Shown here: one piece after another, positions 12,113 through 25,068 of the stretch
How positions within the stretch are numbered: position 1 is the first letter of the stretch
How the letters are laid out: each line of letters opens with the position of its first letter
DNA from: Eledone cirrhosa
Lineage: Eukaryota
NCBI GenBank assembly: GCA_964016885.1
Contig: OZ024741.1
Coordinates: 176,390,001-176,454,000, forward strand
Length of the DNA stretch: 64,000 bases
Reading direction: 5' to 3'
Translations under genes and position numbers: made by a program
The notes under the pieces: model-generated
Told to the model about the DNA's origin: nothing
Seen by the model: the letters and a program-made list of their open reading frames with translations, nothing else
The model's database searches: none

Positions 12113-13501
12113 AACACTGATCAGGTAAGAAAAATGGTCGCACATGCAATAGGGGCTAGTATCAAAACTACCCTAAAGGGCCACATATTTAAGTTCAATG
12201 AGAAAATCTACACCCAAAATGAGGGAGCAGCCATCGGCGTCAGCATAGCTGGCGATGTTGCCAACCTTTTCATGGTATGGTGGGAAAGGAGACTTAAAGA
12301 TCTCCTTAATGAAAGCTCCATAGACCTCATCATGTACTCTCGTTATGTAGACGATATCAATATAGTTATAAGAACACCCCCACTAGAGAGCACTAACAAG
12401 TTTGATTTAGAACGTAGCACGATGGAAAGCATCCAGCAGATAGCTAATTCCATACACCAGAGTATAACTGTAACTATAGACTTCCCTTCCAAACACCCTA
12501 ACAATAGACTACCTGTATTAGACACAGAACTCTGGATTAACACTATAGACGAGAGAGCCCAAATTCTCCACTCACACTATGCTAAACCCATGGCCTCCAA
12601 ATACCTGATACTCAAAAACTCAGCAATGTCCAGTAGTGCTAAGTTTAATATTCTGATCGGAGATTTGGTACGAGTGATGAAGAATGTGTCCAGCATGTGC
12701 GACCCAACAGAAATGGAAGGACACATCCAACACTTCATCAACCGCATGCAGTTCTCTGGCTACAACCAAAGAGACAGAGTCAGAGTATACGAAGGAGCCA
12801 TGGAAAAGTATAAGACCCTCATAGAACTGGACATGAAAGGAATTTGCCCACTATACAGGAGCAAATCATGGAATAGCTTAGATAGGGCTAGACATAAGAT
12901 AGGGAAGGCCACATCATGGTACGACAACCAGAGATATCAGAGTGTCATGTTTGTGGACGCCACCCCTGGAGGGAAATTAGCTAACCAGTGTAGAAAGGCC
13001 CTGAGAAAGACCCACTTAAAAATAAAGGTGGTAGAAAAGCCAGGAACCACCATAAAATCCCTGATCAGCAAAACCTACCCTTTTAAGAAAACCCACTGTA
13101 CCAATAGGAAATGTATCATATGTAAGGTGAACCCCCGGATAAACTGTAAAACTAGAAACGTAGTCTATAGCATAAGATGTACAGAGGGTACTTGTAGAAA
13201 CACGACAACAACATACATAGGTGAGACAGCTCGTAGCATAGGTGAAAGGATAGACCAACACTGGGGGGAACTAAAAGGACGAAAAAACGGGTCAGTACTA
13301 TACGAACATGCTAGACAACATCATGACGGTAACATAGACAACATAGAAATTAGAATAATATCTAAACATAGGAATGACCCAGCAGATAGGCAAATCAGAG
13401 AGGCCAGTGAAATAGAAATTAGAAGACCAAAGCTAAACAGAAAGAATGAGTGGAACAACAACAACACCCAAACAAACAACACTGACCTAAGAGAAGTATA
13501 A
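12113..13501 (+). CDS. Inverted second copy of the PLE ORF (RT motif B to GIY-YIG)
   Basis: Identical protein except IAD/IGD and CNP/CDP; begins at NTDQVRKMVAHAIG. Confidence 0.9.
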   Translation, partial: NTDQVRKMVAHAIGASIKTTLKGHIFKFNEKIYTQNEGAAIGVSIAGDVANLFMVWWERRLKDLLNESSIDLIMYSRYVDDINIVIRTPPLESTNKFDLERSTMESIQQIANSIHQSITVTIDFPSKHPNNRLPVLDTELWINTIDERAQILHSHYAKPMASKYLILKNSAMSSSAKFNILIGDLVRVMKNVSSMCDPTEMEGHIQHFINRMQFSGYNQRDRVRVYEGAMEKYKTLIELDMKGICPLYRSKSWNSLDRARHKIGKATSWYDNQRYQSVMFVDATPGGKLANQCRKALRKTHLKIKVVEKPGTTIKSLISKTYPFKKTHCTNRKCIICKVNPRINCKTRNVVYSIRCTEGTCRNTTTTYIGETARSIGERIDQHWGELKGRKNGSVLYEHARQHHDGNIDNIEIRIISKHRNDPADRQIREASEIEIRRPKLNRKNEWNNNNTQTNNTDLREV

Positions 13502-13755
13502 ATAAATAAGTAAATTAAATTAAATAAAATAAGATAAATAAATACATACACAAGCACATAAACACACACTAGTCACCCAGCAGACACAACACTATACACA
13601 CTAGTCACACATCACACACGCAAACGCATGCGCAAAGAAGACAAAATAAAATAAGATAAACAAACAAGCAAACAAATAAATAAATATATAGACGGACTGA
13701 ACAAAAAAAATGGCGTAGACATACAACACAACAGGAGGAACAATGAATATAACAC

Positions 13756-13793
13756 CACTGACGATGTTGCAGATGTGCAACGAAAGATTTATG
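13756..13793 (+). ncRNA. Minimal hammerhead-like motif in pLTR
   Basis: CTGACGA t gttgca gatg tgcaac GAAA gatt TA; mirror of 9862-9899. Confidence 0.6.
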
Positions 13794-14003
13794 TAAACTA
13801 TATATATATGTGTTTGTCTATATTGTATCTGTATTATTTTATTTTTGACCACCGGTCAGTCAATGGCAACATTGAGGACCGAGTAAGTTAGATCGCAGAT
13901 ATATATATATAAAAGACAGCGAGAAGCGAAAACCAACCAAACAGTGAGTGTGTTCTGTTATTAATTCTGGCAATATTACGCAAATATGACCCTCCCCAAA
14001 TAT

Positions 14004-14060
<57 letters not shown>

Positions 14061-14100
14061 TATATATATACATATAATTATATAATTATATATATATATA

Positions 14101-14189
<89 letters not shown>

Positions 14190-14400
14190 GTTTCTGAATT
14201 TGTTTAGCAAGATTCTTTATCTGAAATCGTGTGTTGAAACCGATATTGTTATACTTTGGGAGGGTCATGTTGCCAATAAGAAACACACGCACCACCTGCT
14301 TTCACTTCAATTTATTATATATTTATAAATTTACAAATTTACAAATTTATAAATTTCTGGTTGGTTGGTTGGTTCCACAACCAGATATTTGTTTATATAT

Positions 14401-14445
14401 AGTCATAGTCCTTTCGTCACACACTATGTGACCTCTTCAGTGACT
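14401..14445 (-). ncRNA. Minimal type I hammerhead ribozyme
   Basis: AGUCA-CUGAAGA-G-GUCACA UAGUG UGUGAC-GAAA GGAC UA-UGACU: perfect 5-bp stem I, 6-bp stem II. Confidence 0.8.
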
Positions 14446-15220
14446 GGGTATTCCTTTCTTTGTTTCTGTGCCTTTCCTTTCTTCTGTCCTACGCCATTTT
14501 GTTTCTGTGTGTGTGTTGTGTGCTCAGTTTGCGCATGCGCCACATCCGGGTGTCTGTGTGTGTTTATGTTCATTTATCTATTTGTTTATTTATTTATTTA
14601 CATGTTATTGGTTGGTTGTTTGTTCTCTGTGTGTGTGTTTTCATTTTGTCCTTAATTGTAAGTTGTGATGTTGCTGTTCCACTCATATTTTCCATTTAAT
14701 TTTGGTTGTAATTCTTTTATGTTTATTGCCTCTGTAATTTGTCTAAACATTGCATCTTTTCTGTGTGTAGATTCTATTTTTATTTCTATGTTCTCTAATT
14801 TACCCTTGTGTTCTATCTTAGCATGTTGGTAGAGTACAGATGATTCTTTATTATCTTGAAGGTCTCGCCAGTGTTCATTTATCCGTTCCTACGATAAATG
14901 ATGCAATGTTTAGACAAATTACAGAGGCAATAAACATAAAAGAATTACAACCAAAATTAAATAGAAAATATGAGTGGAACAGCAACATCACAACTTACAA
15001 TTAAGGACAAAATGAAAACACACACACACATAGAACAAACAACCAACCAATAACATGTAAATAAATAAATAAATAAATAAACAAATAGATAAATGAACAT
15101 AAACACACACAGACACCCGGATGTGGCGCATGCGCAAACTGAGCACACAACACACACACAGAAACAAAATGGCGTAGGACAGAAGAAAGGAAAGGCACAG
15201 AAACAAAGAAAGGAATCCCC

Positions 15221-15265
15221 AGTTACTGAAGAGGTCACAGAGTGTGTGACGAAAGGACTATGACT
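15221..15265 (+). ncRNA. Minimal type I hammerhead ribozyme
   Basis: agtta CTGAAGA g gtcaca gagtg tgtgac GAAA ggac TA tgact. Confidence 0.75.
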
Positions 15266-15414
15266 ATATATAAACAACTATCTGGTTGTGGAACCAACCA
15301 ACCAGAAATTTATAAATTTGTAAATTTGTAAATTTATAAATATATAATAAATTGAAGTGAACCAACTGGTGCGTGTGTTTCTTATTGGCAACACGACCCT
15401 CCCAAAGTATAACA

Positions 15415-15499
<85 letters not shown>

Positions 15500-15502
15500 T
15501 AT

Positions 15503-16142
15503 AATGTAAGTATGTATGTATACGTACATACATATATGTATACAGACGTACATTAGCATGTATATATATACATACAGGCACACATATATATATGCACGTA
15601 TCAGTTTACCGAACATTTATTATAATGCTCGGTTTGTTCGTTTGTAAACAAACAAACAGCCTGAATTACGCCGTACAGTGTTTAGGCAACCACGTCACCT
15701 TTTTGTTCAACACATTTATCGTTTTCGGTGCGCCTGGCCGACTGAACTCACTCGATATGCAAATTAGGCTGCTCAGCCTTTAATTTTCATAAGGAAAGTA
15801 TATACTTTCGGACGTTCAACCATCTGGCAGAAAGGTATACGGTGCTGACGATAGCTAATAAGCTTGAAACTAGTACATCGTTCCTGTGTCAGTGTTGAAC
15901 AAAAAGGTGACGTGGTTGCCTAAACACTGTACGGCGTAATTCAGGCTGTTTGTTTGTTTACAAACGAACAAACCGAGCATTATAATAAATGTTCGGTAAA
16001 CTGATACGTGCATATATATATGTGTGCCTGTATGTATATATATACATGCTATTGTACGTCTGTATACATATATGTATGTACGTATACATACATACTTACA
16101 TTTAAGTAAGTGCCGTACTAAGAGTGAGAAATGACATTTCGT
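15503..16142 (+). mobile_element. Non-coding HHR element family A (retrozyme-like): one ~430-nt unit plus inverted 5' copy
   Basis: Unit 15713-16142; 15503-15712 is the reverse complement of 15893-16102; homologous to 29739-30423 and 43708-44318. Confidence 0.85.
15840..15880 (+). ncRNA. Minimal type I hammerhead ribozyme (family A)
   Basis: cggtg CTGACGA t agct aata agct t GAAA ctag TA catcg; stem III is the palindrome ACUAGU. Confidence 0.85.
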
Positions 16143-16802
16143 AATAACAGAGATAGTTTAAAGCTAAACTCTGACTGGTAACCATCTCACTCAACAAACA
16201 TTAGGTTATATTAAAATATAAACCCAATAAAAGTGTTTGGGGTGCTAACAATATGTATAATGTGGAAAAACCAGTTGTATTATTATATGAGATATAATTA
16301 AAGTTAAAGTATATCTCTCTTTCCAAACAATTGTTTCATTATAAGTTTTCTACAAGTTTGGGAGAATGTTTCCAGTTTATGTAGAAGCCTAATATATATT
16401 CATGTAAGAATATATTTAGGTGGGCACTTATAAATCGTCACTGGAAGCCCATTAAACATTGATATAAGAAAACAATTTCTTACCGCTGTCAAAAATCATG
16501 TCTGTAAAGTTGGTCTCTCTCACCTCGAATGACCGCTAAATTTGAAATTCCAGCAGTTTTTGACTGAGGAAGTATCATAGCCATACGAAGCGGGAAGGGG
16601 AGACAACCCCCGAAATGAGGAAAAAAAATAATAATATACACGCGGGGTAATTAGTTTTTTTGAAAACATTATATATCCAACGTGTTTAAGAACTCAATTG
16701 AAAATAAAAAAATAAATATATGCTTGTATAAATTACACACGCATATAGATATTTTCTTAGGCTAAATCAGAAGTTGTACCCGAATAAGAACCGCTTATAT
16801 AT

Positions 16803-16986
16803 AGGAACATGTTCAAGACCCCGAATGCAGAGCTCAAGCAGTTTCGACGATAATTTTTGGACGTCGAAACGGCTTGAGCTCTGCCGTCGGGGTCTTTAAC
16901 ATTTTCCTCTTACCCACTCTACTACCCTAAGTATTGAATACTCTGGTGCGTTATGGTCCAACTGGCTCCTTACCACACTTCCTTCG

Positions 16987-16987
<1 letters not shown>
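16803..16987 (+). mobile_element. Short fold-back of family D (hammerhead 3' half + tail)
   Basis: Hairpin centred at about 16855; contains GAAACGGC ttgagctct GCCGTC ggggtc; ~80-nt tail ending in (TA)n. Confidence 0.75.
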
Positions 16988-17069
<82 letters not shown>

Positions 17070-17232
17070 AAATTGAGGTTGGTAATGGCACATGGAATAT
17101 ATAAGAGACAGAATACTTTTTTGTGAAAAAACATAATTTTATAAGGTAAGGAAATAATAAAGGGTACAAATCAACATTTTAAGTAAGGGCCTGAAATTTA
17201 CACCTACACCACGTAAACCAAACTTCCCCGAA

Positions 17233-19380
17233 ATGAAGGATGACATCATGGAATACTGCCGAAAGCTGCGACTAACGGAATTCTTCCACAACGACACCAA
17301 CACTGAAGACGAATCACTGGTTAGAAATAAAAGCAATTTCTGCCCACAAAAGGGAAGAAATAAAGCACTGGACACGGACTGCGAACACATCACCAACTTT
17401 CCCTATGAAACAATTACAAATAAACACACGAAATCAAACCTATCTACACACGAATGGGAAGAATTATTCACACTTAGAAACAACCCTGAGATAACTATCA
17501 AAGAAGCCGATAAAGGCAGTACTGTTGTGATTATGAATACGGACTACTATAGGACCCTCGCACTTAACATTTTAGAAAACAACACATACTATGAAAAAAC
17601 AGAAAACTACAAACACACCAAAACAATGGGGAACCTTTTGACCTTACTGAATAAATACCGCAACAGCTTAACCACAAAAGAGTTTAACTATATAAGCCAC
17701 TTCAAATGCAATACAAGCTCTTTTTACGGCTTACCGAAACTTCACAAATGTAAACCCATAAACGATGCATGTGACACCTCAACCAACAATTACATTGAAC
17801 TAACACCACCAGAAGACCTAAAACTCAGGCCAATTATAGCAGGCCCTACATGTGAAACCCACAGACTTAGCAACTTTCTGGACATCCTACTGAAACCCTT
17901 TCTACAACATATACAGAGCTACATACGAGATGACCTTGACATGCTGAAACACCTCCCTAAAACAGTAAGTGCAAATACAATTCTTGTCTCCTTTGACGTA
18001 ATAAACCTCTACACAAACATACCTCACAACTATGGAATAACAGCAGTCCAATACTGGCTTAACACACACCCATCAGAAATACCGACACGCATCAACACAG
18101 ATTTTATCACTGACGGACTCCGCTTTATCCTACAAAATAACTACTTCACATTCAATGGTTCAACATACAGACAAGTATCAGGTACGGCAATGGGCACGAA
18201 AGTAGCACCCACATATGCCAACCTAGTCATGGGATTCCATGAACAACAAATATACAGTCAGTCCCTTCTCTTATTTGGAGACTCTTTCCACACACACCTC
18301 AAAGCCAATTGGAAAAGATATCTAGACGACTGCTTTATCCTATGGCAAGAAGACATTAACTCACTTACTACGTTTAAAAACATGATAAACAACATAGATA
18401 ATAACATACAATTCACAATGGAATCCAATCCTAAGGAATTAGCCTTCTTGGATATTCTCATCTCTGTAATAGACGGGAAATTAGATACAGATATATTCTA
18501 TAAACCCACAGATTCCAAGCAATACCTCTTTTTCACATCAAGTCACCCAAAACATACAAAACTTAACATTCCTTACAATTTGGCCAAACGTATATGTACC
18601 ATAGTATCAGATCCACCTAAACGGGAGCAAAGACTAAAGGAACTAAAAGACACCCTTATCTTAAGAGCCTTTCCACTTGAAATAATCAACAATGGAATAG
18701 ACAGGGCAAAACACCTAAATCCCCATCAACTTAACAATCCAAAACAGAAAACCACACTCAACACCCTGCCATATGTATCCACTTTCAACCCCAGAAATAC
18801 CGAAATGTTTGATCACCTACACAAAAACCTCCCCATCCTACTTAAAGATGTAAAAATGAAGTCTATTCTTGAAACACACAAGATCCTTAAAAGTAAAAGA
18901 CAACCCAAATCACTTAAACGCATTCTCACTGGACCAAATATGCCCAAACCAATCCTCAACCCTACAGTTACCAAATGTGGTAGAACAAACTGTGGAACGT
19001 GCCTCTACCTCACTGAAGGACAAACATTTACATTCAAAGATGGCCAAACATTTACAGTAAAAAACAATTTCACCTGCAACTCGGAGAACTTGATTTACGC
19101 AATAACTTGCGGTGGGTGCAAACACAACTACATAGGACAGACGGGCACCTCATTACGCAAAAGAATGACCATCCACCGCCAACAAATCCGGGACGCTAAC
19201 ACAAGAAAAATCCCCTTGAGCAGCCATATTGCGAACTGCGCAGGAATGACACTACCCAACTTTAAAATCTTCCCCTTCTACAAGTGCTCAGATTCGTTCA
19301 CACAACAACAAAGAATAAACAAAGAAAATCTATTCCTTAACAAATTTAAACCAAAACTAAACGGGTTATCACCCCAATAG
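17233..19380 (+). CDS. PLE RT-GIY-YIG polyprotein (715 aa, uninterrupted)
   Basis: ADKG, FYGLPKLHK, LRPII, SFDVINLYTNIP, GTAMGTKVAP, RYLDD, FLD, CGRTNCGTC, LIYAITC..YIGQT. The frame is open upstream to 17167 and includes LSKGLKFTPTP. Confidence 0.95.
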   Translation: MKDDIMEYCRKLRLTEFFHNDTNTEDESLVRNKSNFCPQKGRNKALDTDCEHITNFPYETITNKHTKSNLSTHEWEELFTLRNNPEITIKEADKGSTVVIMNTDYYRTLALNILENNTYYEKTENYKHTKTMGNLLTLLNKYRNSLTTKEFNYISHFKCNTSSFYGLPKLHKCKPINDACDTSTNNYIELTPPEDLKLRPIIAGPTCETHRLSNFLDILLKPFLQHIQSYIRDDLDMLKHLPKTVSANTILVSFDVINLYTNIPHNYGITAVQYWLNTHPSEIPTRINTDFITDGLRFILQNNYFTFNGSTYRQVSGTAMGTKVAPTYANLVMGFHEQQIYSQSLLLFGDSFHTHLKANWKRYLDDCFILWQEDINSLTTFKNMINNIDNNIQFTMESNPKELAFLDILISVIDGKLDTDIFYKPTDSKQYLFFTSSHPKHTKLNIPYNLAKRICTIVSDPPKREQRLKELKDTLILRAFPLEIINNGIDRAKHLNPHQLNNPKQKTTLNTLPYVSTFNPRNTEMFDHLHKNLPILLKDVKMKSILETHKILKSKRQPKSLKRILTGPNMPKPILNPTVTKCGRTNCGTCLYLTEGQTFTFKDGQTFTVKNNFTCNSENLIYAITCGGCKHNYIGQTGTSLRKRMTIHRQQIRDANTRKIPLSSHIANCAGMTLPNFKIFPFYKCSDSFTQQQRINKENLFLNKFKPKLNGLSPQ

Positions 19381-19599
19381 AATTGTCATAAAATATAAAC
19401 ACACATACGCACGGAATCACTACTATTAAAGACCAGAGACCAATTCTGTAGAATCAGGTTTATTCATTGACAGACCATGCCTTTGTGTGACCAACACATC
19501 CATGTTAAACCCTGCACGTGCACACACGTATATCTATATATATATGCGCACACAGAATTATTTTAATTTCACTGCCCCAACTTCTTATATTATGGAAAA

Positions 19600-20256
<657 letters not shown>

Positions 20257-20488
20257 ATTGCTTCCACCCCCTCACTGACCAGCAGCTGGCTATTGCTAAA
20301 TCTGACCTTTATAAAATAACCCACACCCCAAATAACTTCTCATTCACTACCAGAAAGGGACACAGCAGTCAACCTGTTGTTGCTACCTAGATGAAAACTG
20401 CTATGAAATCCCACAATGAATTTTATACTTGAATTTTCAAGTCTCAAATTTTAACTCTTCGTATTATTAATTTTTCTTAATATTAATC

Positions 20489-20536
20489 AACATTTGAAAA
20501 GATGGCTTTTGCAGACCCATCGAAACCGGTCATTTT
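20489..20536 (+). ncRNA. Minimal hammerhead, U3-A8 core variant
   Basis: aacat TTGAAAA gatgg cttttgcagac ccatc GAAA ccgg TC atttt; palindromic ACCGGU stem III. Confidence 0.7.
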
Positions 20537-20676
20537 TTATACCCTTTATTATTTCCTTACCTTATAAAATTATGTTTTTTCACAAAAAAGTATTCTGTCT
20601 CTTATATATTCCATGTGCCATTACCAACCTCAATTTTCTCTATAACCTTCGTTTTGTGTAGAAAATTACACTTTTC

Positions 20677-20712
<36 letters not shown>

Positions 20713-21142
20713 ATCAACGTGTAAACTATTATAAATAACAATAACAAAATAGCAATAAAATGTTAAATAAATTACATTCGCCAATAGTTTTTTTATAGAA
20801 GTGTTAAGCCTTTATCTAAAATTAAAAACATCAAGCTGATATATAAATCTTTGGGAACATTTGAAATGTAATCGTCCTAACAAAGATGACTATAACATCA
20901 ATCGACCACTGCAAATCATAGCTGAAAAATAAAATCATACTCTAACAATTCATAAATAAAGTGGAAGTTTGCAATTCGATCGTAAATCATAACATCTTCT
21001 AAAATACAGCTTCGGGTATCCCTTGAACTTTTAACATAATGGTTAATGCACTCTAAGTGATGCAGAGTTGGATTTCTCCCGTATGCGACCCCCCAATTGT
21101 TCTGTCTACATCGCTACTTTAACCGATTTATAAATATTATTC

Positions 21143-21364
21143 ATAATGGTTTCTGATTTAGGCACAAAGCCAACAATTTTAAGGGAGGGGAAAGTCGATT
21201 GATTCAACACCAGTGCATTACTGGTGCTTCATTTTATCGATCCCGTAAGGATGAAAGGCAATGTTAAGCTCGGCGGGATTTGAACACGGATCGCAAATGG
21301 CCATAACTCTATGCTGCAAAGCATATTGTCCGACGCTCTACCGATTCCGCCAATCCACCGCCCT
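21143..21364 (-). mobile_element. SINE copy
   Basis: Same SINE consensus. Confidence 0.8.
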
Positions 21365-22163
21365 TATAAACATTATTCCTAATGATAGACAATTAATATA
21401 CACATTTTCGTTGGGACGACTACATTTCAAATTTTTCCTATGCTACTACGTCAACCGAGCAGTCACACTTCAGTTACAGCCTTAAAATCTTATAAAATAT
21501 ATTTTTGCATCTTCACTCTAAAGCAATTTTATTTCACGTTTAAAGAATTTAAACGATAAATTGTATTAAATAGAAACAACATGTGGGTGATAGAGAGAAG
21601 GTCGGTAGGAAAATAAAAAAGCAAAACTAAATAAACAACACAGGCAATACAAAAAGCGATCTCTAGGAAACACGAACAGCAGCATTTGCATGAGAATGTT
21701 TAAAGCTAAACACAATGGAATCAACTACAACAATTTTATCAGGATATATGCTGAAATATGATAGTCATTTAATTTCATTTCCTAATACAATTTTATTAGA
21801 ATTGTACGAGAATAGAAAAGGACATTTACTTGAATTTATTGTCTTTTAATATTATGATTATTATTATGCACTTTAATCTTTTATTTTAATTTTCTCTATT
21901 AGAATTTTGTTTTTGTAAATAATTATGAAAAAATTATTAACAACCAAACATACTATGGTATTTGAGCAAATATGTGACATGCAATTTTAGAGATTTGGAG
22001 AGAGTGAGGGAGAGAAAGAGAAAGAAAGATAAAGGAATGCAGAGAACCATTCAGAAAGGACGTGTCAGTGTAAATGCATATGCTCCTATGAGTGTGCATG
22101 TGTGTGAAAGGGAGAGAGAGAGGGAGAGAGAGAGAGAGAACCATCGCAAATAGACAGTACACA

Positions 22164-22204
<41 letters not shown>

Positions 22205-22354
22205 CATGTGTAGAGGAGGGCTTCTTATTACGAAGTCTGCGTGTGGTCTACCAGAGAACTTTATTTGCTGATCTGAAGTCAGATTCCAGCTTAACCCTTG
22301 TTTTAACTTTGGACGCCTTTACTGTCTTTACTGAAATTCTTCGTGGTTGTTTGT

Positions 22355-22745
22355 ATAGCAAGTGCAAGAAGTGTCTTTGGGGTAACGTTACTCGATAGAG
22401 TGTGTAGCTCAGAGATCAGAGAGTCACTCCGAGTAGAGCCGCTACTTCTACGAATTCAGAGACCACAACCCCGATAATATGGGCATGTGGTTAGAATGTC
22501 TCAGAAAATAATTGTTTCTACTTTTTGGCACAACGCTAGCAATTACCCAGTGCATTACTGGTACTTTATTTTATCGACCCCTAAGAATGAAAGGCAAAGT
22601 TAATCTCGGCGAGATTTGAAATCAGAATGGCAAGGGCCGTAACTCTATGCGTCAAAGCATGCCGCCCGACCATCTACCGATACTGCCAATCCACCGCCAT
22701 TCTCAGAAAATAATGGTTGGACAAATTTTACGGTCAAACATTGTA
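22355..22745 (+). pseudogene. RTE-like ORF2 C-terminal fragment interrupted by a minus-strand SINE (about 22513-22700)
   Basis: RVCSSEIRESLRVEPLLLRIQ...YGHVVRM; the SINE is flanked by TSD ctcagaaaataat. Confidence 0.65.
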
Positions 22746-22914
22746 CTTCATCAGTTCTATGTGGTCCATGTTAAATCATGGCATTTTCTTAGCTATGCCG
22801 ATAGCAAATGCGTTGCTGTTGTCGCAGGCCGTGTCGTTGTTCTCGTTGTTGTTATTGCTCTAGAAGAAGAAGAAGAAGAAGAAGAAGAAGATATATATAT
22901 ATATATCACAACGC

Positions 22915-23220
22915 CACCAATTTGAAGGGACGGGGAAAGTAGATTAAATCAACCCTAGTACTGATTGGTGCTTTATTTTATCGACCCCATAAGGATGAAA
23001 GGCAAAGCTAACCTCGACGGGATTTGAAATCAGCACGTAAAGGGCCGTAACACTAGGCCACAAATCATGTTGTCCGACGCTCTACCGATATTGCCAATCC
23101 ATCGCCCTAGCAATGATAATAATAATAAAGATTTCTAATATAGGCACAAGGCCAGCAATTTTTATTTTGGCGGGCGGGGGGGGGTCGATTAAATTGACTT
23201 CAGTGCATTACTGATACTGT
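22915..23220 (-). mobile_element. SINE copy plus partial SINE
   Basis: Same consensus at about 22915-23108; partial copy at 23128-23220. Confidence 0.7.
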
Positions 23221-23984
23221 ATTAGTAGATAATAATAGCAACAACGATGATAATGCTGTTGGTGCTGGTGGTGGCGATGATGAGGATAATGATGAGGATG
23301 ATGATGATGATGATGAATTTAAGAAAAAGATTCATATATACAATCTAGATTTTTTTCTGCATAATTGTTGAGGCTTAAAGAATAAAAGGAAATGTGTCTA
23401 ACCTTATTGTTGATGATGGTATTTTGGTTGTTATTTCTTTTGTTGTTGTTAATCATGGTTGTCATTGTGATGGTGGCATTGTTGTTGCTGTTGCATTGCT
23501 TTTCAGATTTCAAAAGGAATAATTTAGCGTCTAATAGATTCTATCTTAACACTCCATTGAAAATTACTGAAGGTTTATTGAATCTTAATTTTTTAAAGTT
23601 GTCTTAATATGTTGCTTGCTGATTCGTTTCAAATTGTGGCTTTGACGAAAACGTGAGAATATGAACAAAAAAAAAAACAACAACAAAAATTAACAAATAA
23701 CAAAAAACAACACCATAAAACACATAAGTAAATGAATAAATGAATAAATATGAATGCGTACGACAATTCCGTGAAGCCTTTGAATTTGAAATTTGTGTGT
23801 GGGTTTAATATATTATAATCTAACACTAATTGAAAAATACTGCTAATCTACAAAAGTCATTTTTTCCGGATATTTCGACGAGCCTATGTACTAAAATGAG
23901 ATCAAGTAGCTTGAATCTGTGAGGGAATTTGATAAATAAGATAGCTTTTGAAGAAATGAATTGGCTTAGATACTTGAGAGACAT

Positions 23985-24360
23985 TGGACAAGTGAGTAGG
24001 ATATTACAAATGTGAGGGGTTGGACTAGTGAGGAGGGATTGAAGTAATGGAAGAGTTTGGATAATTAAAGGAATTTGTCTGGTGAAGATGGATTTGACTA
24101 GTGAGGGGGATTGGACAGGTGAGAGGGAATATACTAATGAGAGGATTGTACTAGTGAGGAGGTTTGGACTAGTGGAGATGGATGGCACTAGTGAGAGTGA
24201 TTGGACAAGTGAGACGGAATATACTAATGAGAGGGATGTACTAGTGAGGAGGTACTGAACTAGTGAGAAGGTTTAGAGATGTGATGCGGAGTGGACTAGT
24301 GAGCAGGCTTGGAGTAGTGGAGATGGATGGCACTAGTGAGAGTGATTGCGCTAGTGGGGT
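23985..24360. repeat. Degenerate minisatellite (CTAGTGAG-core units)
   Basis: Recurrent ggactagtgaggagg / ctagtggagatggatggcactagtgagagtgattg blocks. Confidence 0.75.
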
Positions 24361-25037
24361 GTGTGTGATAAAATAAGAGTTCTGGAAGAAATGAGTGGAG
24401 GTGGACGATAAATAGAGAGAGATGACAGACAGCTGAGAGACAGATGTGTGAGAGATGAGAGACAGCTGATGTGAGACAGATATGAGAGAGAAAAATGGGT
24501 GGGATTTTGTACAGAGGAGGTATACAATAATCATGTGACTTAATCAGTGTGAAGTAGAACATTTAAGCTGCTAAATGTGTCTAACTTACAAACACACATA
24601 CATTCATTTTTAAATATATATATATCATATGCACAAAACTTTGCAACTATCAAATACCTTAAGCCAGTGTTAATGCCCTATGGCTAAAAACGATATCCCC
24701 CTTTTTTTCTTTTTTTTTAAACGCCACTCGACAAAATAGCCCCTCTACCTCCTTCCCACCCTACCCCTACCCCTTCTCAACCTGAAACACCTCTTACCTA
24801 TCTGCATTTTCTGCTTGTAGAGCAGTTTTTATGTGCCTGCGTATATGCGTATATTTATAAGTACATGTTTGTATGTATGTGTATGAGTGGCCGTTCGTTT
24901 GTATGCATATCGTTGTATATATGTGCGTTCATATGTCTCTGCATATGTGCATGTATGTGTATGTTTGTGTGTGTATATATATATGTGTGTGTATGTGTGT
25001 ATATATATATATATATGTGTGTATATATGTGTATATA

Positions 25038-25068
<31 letters not shown>

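Larger units (their letters stand above)
9589..14011 (-). mobile_element. Young PLE with ~1.9-kb near-perfect inverted duplication
   Basis: Arms 9645-11542 and 12113-14010 are reverse complements, with a 570-bp unique spacer. A ~55-nt tail (9589-9643) occurs only on the left. (TA)n on both sides. Confidence 0.95.
14187..15417 (-). mobile_element. Fold-back PLE 3' fragment (sister subfamily)
   Basis: Left arm: tail + pLTR + GIY-YIG C-terminus (to about 14890). Right arm 14894-15417 is inverted and lacks the tail. Near-identical to 33580-34205. (TA)n flanks. Confidence 0.9.

Noticed and set aside
9589-14011. Palindrome as an amplification or assembly artefact
   Set aside because: The ends are asymmetric in the same family-specific way as older, diverged copies, and the arms carry substitutions. 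Long reads would still be the decisive test.
23985-24360. CRISPR-like repeat/spacer pattern
   Set aside because: Eukaryotic context, degenerate units, spacers themselves repeated, no cas genes.
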